DNA of 46,001 nucleotides from IMG/VR virus record IMGVR_UViG_3300012971_000899, positions 1 to 46,001 of that record; one strand, written 5' to 3'. Both the position numbers and the translations under genes were made by a program. Positions 18,186 to 26,000 of the stretch are shown piece by piece; within the stretch, counting starts at the first letter, position 1, and each line of letters begins with the position of its first letter. Under the pieces are notes generated by a model. The model was not told the DNA's origin. It worked only from the letters and a program-made list of their open reading frames with translations, and made no database searches. The stretch is from a virus (lineage: Duplodnaviria > Caudoviricetes).

Positions 18186-20065
18186 GTCCCAGCAGCGCCG
18201 ACCAGACCGCGCCCGCGCAGGTCACGCCCGAGCAGTCGTACGGCGTCTCGGCCAAGCCGCAGGCGCCGCAGATGGGCGGCGGCCAGGACGCGCTCGACAA
18301 CTCGCCTGACTCGCTCTGGGACAAGTACCAGTCGCGCGAGGTGGGCGGCGCGGGCGCGCTGCCGACGTTCCCGCCGCACGACCTGGGCACCCAGCCGCAG
18401 CCGCAGGCGCAGGGACAGCCCGCCCAGCCGCAGCAGCCCCAGCAGCCGCCGCAACAGCCGCCCCAGCAGCAGCAACAGCCGCAGCAGGGCCCGCCGATGA
18501 TGCAGCCGCCGCAGAACCTGTCGCGCTTCAAGGCGTGGAACCCCTCGACCACGTTCTACAGTGGCATGCCTCAGCTACCTGGCTGGAAGCCTGGCTGGGA
18601 CCTGCGCTTCGGCGCGGGCGCGGAGGGCGGCTCGCCTGACTACCAGCGCGGCTACCTGGACGGGCTGCGCGCGGCACAACTGGGTATGGGCCAGGACGAG
18701 GAGCCGCCTGCCGACGGCGGCGGCGATACGCCGCCCGAAGAGGCGCCGCCAGAAGAGACACCGCCGGAAGATCAGCCGCCGGAAGACCAGCCACCAGAGG
18801 CAACGCCGCCAGAAGACCAGCCACCAGACCAGCCGCCAGAGGAGCCGCCGTCGTACGGCGGCGAGCCGCTGCCGCCAGGCGGGATCCCCGCGCCGCCCGC
18901 ACCAGGGCCTGGGCCAGGGCCTGGGCCTGGGCCTGGCCCATCGACGCCGACGCCGCCCACGCCAGGCGTGCCGATTGTCGGCGTGCCTGGCCCTGGTCCT
19001 GGTCCTGGCCCCGGTCCTGGCCCTGGCGCGACGCCCCCACCCAGAGCGACCCCACCAGTGGCGGCACAGTCGCAGGTCTCTGAGAAGATCACCGAGTACG
19101 ACAAGGCGCGCCTGGCCATCGACGCGGGACGGCTGACGCTGGACCAGAAAGCTGAGGACGACCGCCACCAGGAGAACATGATGAACGCGCAGACCGCCGC
19201 TGATCGGCAGGCGGAGGATGCGCGGCACAACGCGGCGCAGGAGGCGCTGGACCAGCGCTGGCACGACCAGCAAGTGCAGATGAACGCGCTGGACAACCAG
19301 ACCAAGATCGACGTCCAGCGCATGGCCGACGCTGCCCAGAAGGAACTGGAGCAGATGAAGGAGGCCAACGCGGTCCAGCTTGAGCAGATGCAGGAGGGCA
19401 ACAAGATCCTGATGGAGCAGGGTCAGGAAGCCTTCCAGGACTGGCAGAAGCGGCAGGCCAACTACATGAGCATCCTGGGCAGCGCGCTCTCGAACCCATG
19501 GCTGCAACAGCTTTCGGGCATGGCGCCGCCAGGCCAGGAGGCGGCGGTGATGGGCGGCGGCAACATCTCGTCGCTGCTGCAGAAGATCCTCGCGCCGTAC
19601 GACTACACCGCCGCGTTCGGCGGCCAGAGCCAGGCGGCTAAACCTGCGGGCATGGACGCGCTCAGCGCGCCGCCACCCGGTTCAACCACGGGCCCAGGCA
19701 TGGAGACCGCCGCGCCCGACTGGAACACGTGGCAGCAGTGGAGCCCGTTCCAGAAGGCGGCATACCGCACCAACATCGAGGCGCTGGGGCCAGGCGCGTG
19801 GCAGACGCAGCAGCAGGCCGCGCAGACCAGCTTTGCCAACCAGGGCGGCTCGCCCGACGTGACCGCGCTGGCGGCGATGAGCGCCAGCCCGTTGGAGCAG
19901 ATCGGGCAGCAGATGACCGCCAACGTTTTCGGCCAGACCACGCCGCAGTGGCAGGCGAACCAGACGCGGCAGTGGTCGCAGGCGCAGGCGCCGCAGGTCA
20001 AGCAGAGTCTCGCCGCGAGCGGCACCCCCGCCAGCAGCACACCAGAACAACAGTTCGGACTCTAG
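17417..20065 (+). CDS. Pro/Gln-rich internal virion (DNA pilot/ejection-like) protein (882 aa)
   Basis: Low-complexity N-terminal half; Q/E/A-rich coiled coil at about 19080-19470; lies between two lysin-bearing giant genes. Confidence 0.75.
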   Translation: MATQVKPRPKAGWAPRKRQRMGAGEGVDPGGVLYDPPQGQPKSGQLPTPMPPPIDPGGVIYEPQPPQPQAAPLDTSQYPPGTVVRTADNQFGVVNASGLIERGDAAWPAIYAAIQRNSGILTITPEQFSGSLAPKPVPQMPAGSLRDPGFVPPGSFTPPPPAAGPMPQPIDPYNQPGYQPPPVSALPPLVPPNVPKPDNPPPQQGPELTPQGAAPQAAADANSVGSQMSAALSGAQGGAAPPSTSGGATPSAGWTPRPSSADQTAPAQVTPEQSYGVSAKPQAPQMGGGQDALDNSPDSLWDKYQSREVGGAGALPTFPPHDLGTQPQPQAQGQPAQPQQPQQPPQQPPQQQQQPQQGPPMMQPPQNLSRFKAWNPSTTFYSGMPQLPGWKPGWDLRFGAGAEGGSPDYQRGYLDGLRAAQLGMGQDEEPPADGGGDTPPEEAPPEETPPEDQPPEDQPPEATPPEDQPPDQPPEEPPSYGGEPLPPGGIPAPPAPGPGPGPGPGPGPSTPTPPTPGVPIVGVPGPGPGPGPGPGPGATPPPRATPPVAAQSQVSEKITEYDKARLAIDAGRLTLDQKAEDDRHQENMMNAQTAADRQAEDARHNAAQEALDQRWHDQQVQMNALDNQTKIDVQRMADAAQKELEQMKEANAVQLEQMQEGNKILMEQGQEAFQDWQKRQANYMSILGSALSNPWLQQLSGMAPPGQEAAVMGGGNISSLLQKILAPYDYTAAFGGQSQAAKPAGMDALSAPPPGSTTGPGMETAAPDWNTWQQWSPFQKAAYRTNIEALGPGAWQTQQQAAQTSFANQGGSPDVTALAAMSASPLEQIGQQMTANVFGQTTPQWQANQTRQWSQAQAPQVKQSLAASGTPASSTPEQQFGL
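18730..19027 (+). repeat. Coding tandem repeats: PPE[ED] units followed by (PG)n runs
   Basis: TPPEEAPPEETPPEDQPPEDQPPE...; two PGPGPGPGPG runs. Confidence 0.85.
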
Positions 20066-23000
20066 GTGGTTATCGACTTCCGCTCCGACCCACTCGGGCA
20101 GCGAACGAAGGGCTGGAAGGTGCCGCCCCACAGTCCGAGGACCAGGCTTGTGCCTGGTTGGGAGCCACGCCCCGAGTTCGGCGCGGGGCAGGAGATCGGC
20201 ACGGAGCCGATGCTCGACCCGGGCCTGGTCGAGGACACCCTGGGGGTGGAGCGCGGCACGCTGACGCAGCCTGTACCCTACGACTGGGGGGCGGCCAGGC
20301 AAGCTGCGTTCGGTCCGTCGGTACCTTCGGAACCCGAGTCTCAGCCCCAACCACCGCCTGCGCCGTCCCCCAGTACTCCCGATCCAGGCGTGCAGGCGCA
20401 TCTGAGCGGCGCGAGCGTTGCGCACGCGCCTGGTTCAGTGTATCCTTCATCACAGACACAGACGCTGTCCCCGTCTGCGTCAGCACCTGCCATCAGGCCC
20501 CCAGCGCAGACGCCGAGTGCTCCATCCGCTTCAAGCGGACCCTCTTCAGGCGCGCCTGGGGGCGGCAGCGTTTTCCCTGTGCAGGGCTACCAGGGCGCGG
20601 TCCAGAATCACTGGGGCGCCGTCAAGGGCGGCAGCGACCTGTTCGCGCCGCGCGGCACACCTGTGGTAGCGATGCGCGGCGGCAAGGTCATCGAGAGCGG
20701 CTGGAACGCGGTCGGCGGCAACAGCGTCCTGATCCAGGGCGACGACGGGCTGCAGTACTACTACGCCCACGGCAACGAGAAGCCGTCGGTGCAGGTCGGC
20801 CAGACGGTCGGCGCGGGTGCCTTTCTGATGCCCGTCGGCGACACGGGCGACGCCAAGGGCACGGGGACGCATCTCCACATCGGCATCGGCCCGACCATCA
20901 TGCTGGGCGCGGACAAATACGGCGGCACGGGCGGCGACTACGACGCGGTCGGTATGCTGCAGGCAGCACTGTCGGGAAAAGCCAGTCCCCAGACGGGGAC
21001 GCCGCAGGCTCCATCCTCACAACCGCCCTCAACCGTTGAGCGCATCGGTCAGGGCAAGGGTGCGTTCATCCAGTCGCTGGCGCCGCTGGCGGACTACCAC
21101 TCGCAGCAGTCGGGTATTCCGGCCAGTGTGTACCTGGCGATTGCCGCAAATGAAACAGGTTGGGGGAAGTCGCAGACCGCGCAGCAGCAGAACAACCTGT
21201 TCAGCATCCAGGGGGACAGGTCCAACGGCTCCCGCTGGGCGGGCTACGCCTCGCCCGAGGAGTCATTCAGCGCGTTCGACCGACTGGTCTCCACCGCCCC
21301 GCGCTACAAGCAGGCGTGGGCTGATCGCGCCGATCCCAGCAAGTTCATCAACGGCCTGCGCACGGCGGGCTACGTGGCGGACGAGCCTGGCTATCCCGCC
21401 CAGGGCTGGGTCAACCAGGTCCTCAGTATCAACAACGACCTGACCCAGAGCGGCGCGGTGCAGGCGGTCCAGAGCCAGGCCGCGCCGAGCACCCACCTCG
21501 CCGACGCGACCCGCTTGTCGTCACCCGCCGCGTCGCTGAACTCGCGGCCGATGCCGCCCGAGGTCGCCAACCCCGTGGTCAAGTACAGGGACAACGGGGA
21601 CGGCAGCTACACCGCGACGCACCAGGACGGCACGACCGAGACCGTGGCGCACCCCACCCAGATCGCGCCCATCGAGGGCGGGCGCCACCCGACCACCGTC
21701 GGCGCCAAGCCCACCAGCCAGAAGGGCGCGGGTCAGGACGACGATCCCAGCTACGACATCCCCATCCTGGGCGGGCTCAAGCGCGCCGCCGACGCGCAGA
21801 ACAACCCGCTCAACCAGGCCACCAACCAGCTTGACCCGCTGAAACGCCAGTACCCCGTGCTGGGCCCAGGCGGGCTGGGGGTGTGGGACCCACGCATCGG
21901 CCCACCCCCCGAGGAGCAGGCCAAGCCTGACTTCTCCGACGTGAGCGCGGCGGACGCGAGTGCGGGCGACGTGCTGGCGAGCAGTACCCACCCCGAGGAT
22001 CCGAGCACGTACGGCGCGCCAGGCTTCTCGCGCGCGCCGCGCCCGTCCGACGTGTGGACGGCGCCCCGCCCGAAGGGCAAGGACGCGTTCACCCCGCCGC
22101 AGGGCATGGACGATCAGCAGATCGCGCAACTCCTGCTGGATCACGCGCAGGGCAAGATCGACCGCGTGCAGTTGACCAGCGCGCTGGGCACTCAGGACGT
22201 CGGCAGCGTGCGCGACTACGCGCTCAGCCGCGCCGCGCTGGGCGACCGCACGCTGCTCGATTCGATGCCGCTCAGCCTGCTGCATCAGACGCGCTTCGAC
22301 ATGGTGGCCCCCGAAGTGGCGATGTTCCGTGACCGCGCGCGCATGGGTCAGGGCACGCTGGAGTCGCGCTCGCCGTACCGCATCCCCGAGACGCGCTTCG
22401 CCAACGACAGCGGCTGGAAGCCTGAAAACAATCCAGGCAACGGTGTGGACGACGCCAAGGGTGAAGTCCACACGGCGGGGTTGTACTTCGACTCTAACCC
22501 GGCGGTGGCGCGGGACCGCACCGAAGGCGACCCGACCCTGTACACCGAGCTTCGCGTGTTCAAGCCTGAGATGCTCAATAAGGATCAGGTGCTGAATCTG
22601 CGCGACGATCCCGAGGCCAGTCAGGTCATGGAGGACGCGCACCGCTGGGCGACCGACGAGTGGACCAACCGCGATGGCTGGAACACGGGCGCCAACTGGG
22701 GCGAACTGCTCCAGGAGTACTTGCTGAAGAAGGGCTACAAGGTGGTCTACGGCGGCGGGCTGGAGCACGAGAACGGCGAGGCGGTGCTGCTCGATCCAGA
22801 CGTTGACGCGTACACCCGCATCATCGACTCGGGCCCCAGCAAGGACATGATCTATCGCGCGCGCAAGCTGCCCGGCTGGGACCCGCACATGCTGAGCGGC
22901 ATCCTGCTGGGCACGTTTGTAGCGGCGGGCGCGAAGGCGGCGCAGGACCGTAACCAGCAGGTGGTCGCGCCTGGCCAGCCGCAGCTAGGCACGGGCCAGG

Positions 23001-26000
23001 ACGAGATCGACCCGGGCACTTCCGGCGGCGACGCCGACTACATCGACCCGGTCACGGGGCTGCCGCGCACCGACATCCAGCGCAACCTGGCGGGTGTAGG
23101 AGACATGTTCACCGCGCTGGGCACGCGTGTGCGCGACGTGGTTCCCGAGCAGCCGCAGAGTGCCGACGAGGCGGCGATGGAGAACACGCCCATCGTCGGC
23201 GGCCTCGCGCGCGGCGCACGCGAACTGGGCACGACGCTGGATGAGCAGTTCCCCGCCGAGTCCACACGCCAGCAGCCGTATCAGCCTGGCACGCCCGAAG
23301 AGGAAGCCGAGAAGGCGCGCATGATCCAGACCATCTCGGGCTTCTCGGCGCTGGGGCCGTCGATCAAGCAGGCGCAGACGCCCGAGGAGGCGCAGCAGCA
23401 GATCCAGGAGCAGACCGCGCAGGGCCTGCGGGCGGGCGCGATTGCGGGCAGCCTGGCCGTACCAGGCGTCACCGAGGCGGCGCTGGGCCCAACGGTCGCG
23501 GGCAGTCTGGGCGGCCAGGCGCTCACGGGCGCGGCGATGTCGGCGGTGCAGCAGGCGCCCGACATCGCCAGGGCGATCACCAGCGGCGACCCCGAACAGA
23601 TCAAGGAGCAGGCCAAGCAGGTCGCCGCAGGCGCGGTGCTGAACGCGGCCATTCCAGGTCTGGGCAAGCTGAACGAAGCGGTCGATACACCCGTTACTAA
23701 AGCTATTGCCAACTCACCCGTGGGCAAGTACCTGACCGTCCCCGCGCCCGTCAGCGAGTTCCTGGGCGAAGAGTCGGGCGGCATAGCGCTGGGGCAGGCA
23801 GCCAGGACCGCGCTCACGACCGCCAAGGGGGGTGCGGTCGGTGCGGCCGTCGCGGCGGCGTCAGCGCCCAGCTTGCTGAATCCTGACCCAACCAACCCCG
23901 ACTGGTGGGGCCACCTCAAGGATGACTGGGTGCAGGGCGTACCGGCGGGTGCCGTGACAGGTGCGACCGTTGGGTTGGGTGCCAGCGCCGCCCGAGCGCT
24001 GGCGGACCGCACGATCACCCCCGCCGCGACGTACGCCTTCCGGTGGATATTCGACCCGCGCCGCAACATCCCCAACGCAGTGGCGCAGGTCGCCGCGTCA
24101 ACGCGTGCGCGGGGCATCCTGGCGGCGCACTCGCTGGCCAACATCCTGGACGCGCAGGCCGAGCCGATCTTCGGCGCCTCGGGCCAGGGCTTCAACACGG
24201 CCAAGGCGGCGGCGTACGTCGAGAAGCAGCGTACCCTGGCGGGCTTCGTCAACGACGCGGGCGAGAGCCCGACGCAGGCCATGATCGACTGGGTCAAGGA
24301 GCAGGTCGCGCGCGAGGACGCCGACCAGGCCCGCATGGCCGCCGCGAAGGTGATCGGACCGGACCAGAACGTGGTCACGGGTCCAGGGCTGCCAGGGCCC
24401 AAGGTACACATCGCGCACGTGTACGACCAGGACGTGGCGGCGGCGCAGGCCCGTGCACGCGGCGGACGCGGTCTCGGCTGGCGCGACAACACGATCACCC
24501 ACCAGCGCAACAAGACCATCGACCCGAACATCGACCCGAACACGCCGCGCACTATCGACGAGGCGCTGGCGCTGCACGCGGCGAATCCGACAATCGAGCC
24601 CAAGCCGCTGGACTCGCTGACCACCCGCTTCTCGCTCAGCGCGTTCCAGGCCGAACGGGCGATAGCCAATCGGACGTTCTACGACACTGTCTCGACGCGC
24701 GTCGCGGGCGCGCCGTGGGCCGTGGGCGGGCCCTGGAGAATGCTCGGCAACGTGGTCGGGGATCACCACGTCACACCCAACGACTGGGTCGTGCCCAAAG
24801 ATGAGTGGGGCTTCGGGCTGGGTGTGGACAACATGCGCTTCGAGCCCAACCTGGCGCGCTACATCGACAACCTGGTCAACATCGGTAAGGGCCAGATGTG
24901 GGAGCCGTTTGACTGGTACGGCCGAAACATCGGCGGGCCGCTCAAGCAACTGACCTTCCTGGGCACGCCCGTGCACGCCTCCAACGTGTTCTGGCGGACG
25001 CTGATGCAGGCGGGCCCCGCCAAGACGGCGCAGATATTCGGCGGCTACATCGTGCCGACCATTCGCAACGGCTTCGGCGAGCTTCTGCGCGGCAACCCCG
25101 CGCTCGCTCTGGACGCCGCTGCGCACGGTGTGGTGCCGCCGCGCTACCCCGCTGGTGAGGGCCTGACCGAGTACGGGAGCTTTCTGGGTAACGCCGCGCG
25201 GATGGGGCTGGGCGCGCTGGGGGGTGCCAGCGCGGGGTATACGCAGGCCAAGCTGCGCAACCAGACGGACGAAGAGGCGCGCTTCGAGGCGGGCATGGCG
25301 GCGATACCCGCGCTGGCCCTGGGCGCGCCTGGCGGGGGCAAACTCCTGGCGGGCGCCCTGCGCAGGGGCGAGGGCATGAGCACCTGGTCGAATCTGGCCG
25401 ACGTCATCCATCAGGCTGTCTTCAGCGAGGGCCTGCCTGCCGCCAAGCTGGGCCTGTACGACATCATGGTGCGGAGCGGTGTGGACAAGTCCGTCGCGGC
25501 GGACATCACCAACAGCACCGTGGGCGGGCTGAACTACATGGAGATGGGCCGCGCGCCGTGGGTCCAGGATCTGATGCGCTACGGGCTGATCGCGCCCGAC
25601 TGGACCGAGGGCATCGTCCGCACCGTGGCGGGCGCGGCGCTGCCAGGTCCGACGGGCGACGCGCTGCGCGGCTCGATCACCCGCCCAGGGCTGATACGCA
25701 ACCTGGCCGCGTACATGGCATTTGTGGAGCTTATGAACCACTTCTCGACCGGACACTTCATGCAGGACAACCCGCATGGTCGAGAGTTTCAGCTAGACGC
25801 GACCGGCCTCATGAACAAGCTGGCCCAGAAGCCTGGCTGGGAGGGTGTGGCCAGCAAGGATCCCGTTACCCATACCGACATGGGCAGCTACCTGGAGCCG
25901 ATCCCGCCGCTGAGTGGGGTGATGCAGTTGATCTCCACACTCGCTCAGGAGGGCGCGTACACCCAGGGCCAGCTTGAGTACAAGGCGGGTGAGATGGGGC

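Noticed and set aside
18900-19027. Collagen-like repeat
   Set aside because: Period-2 (PG)n, not Gly-X-Y
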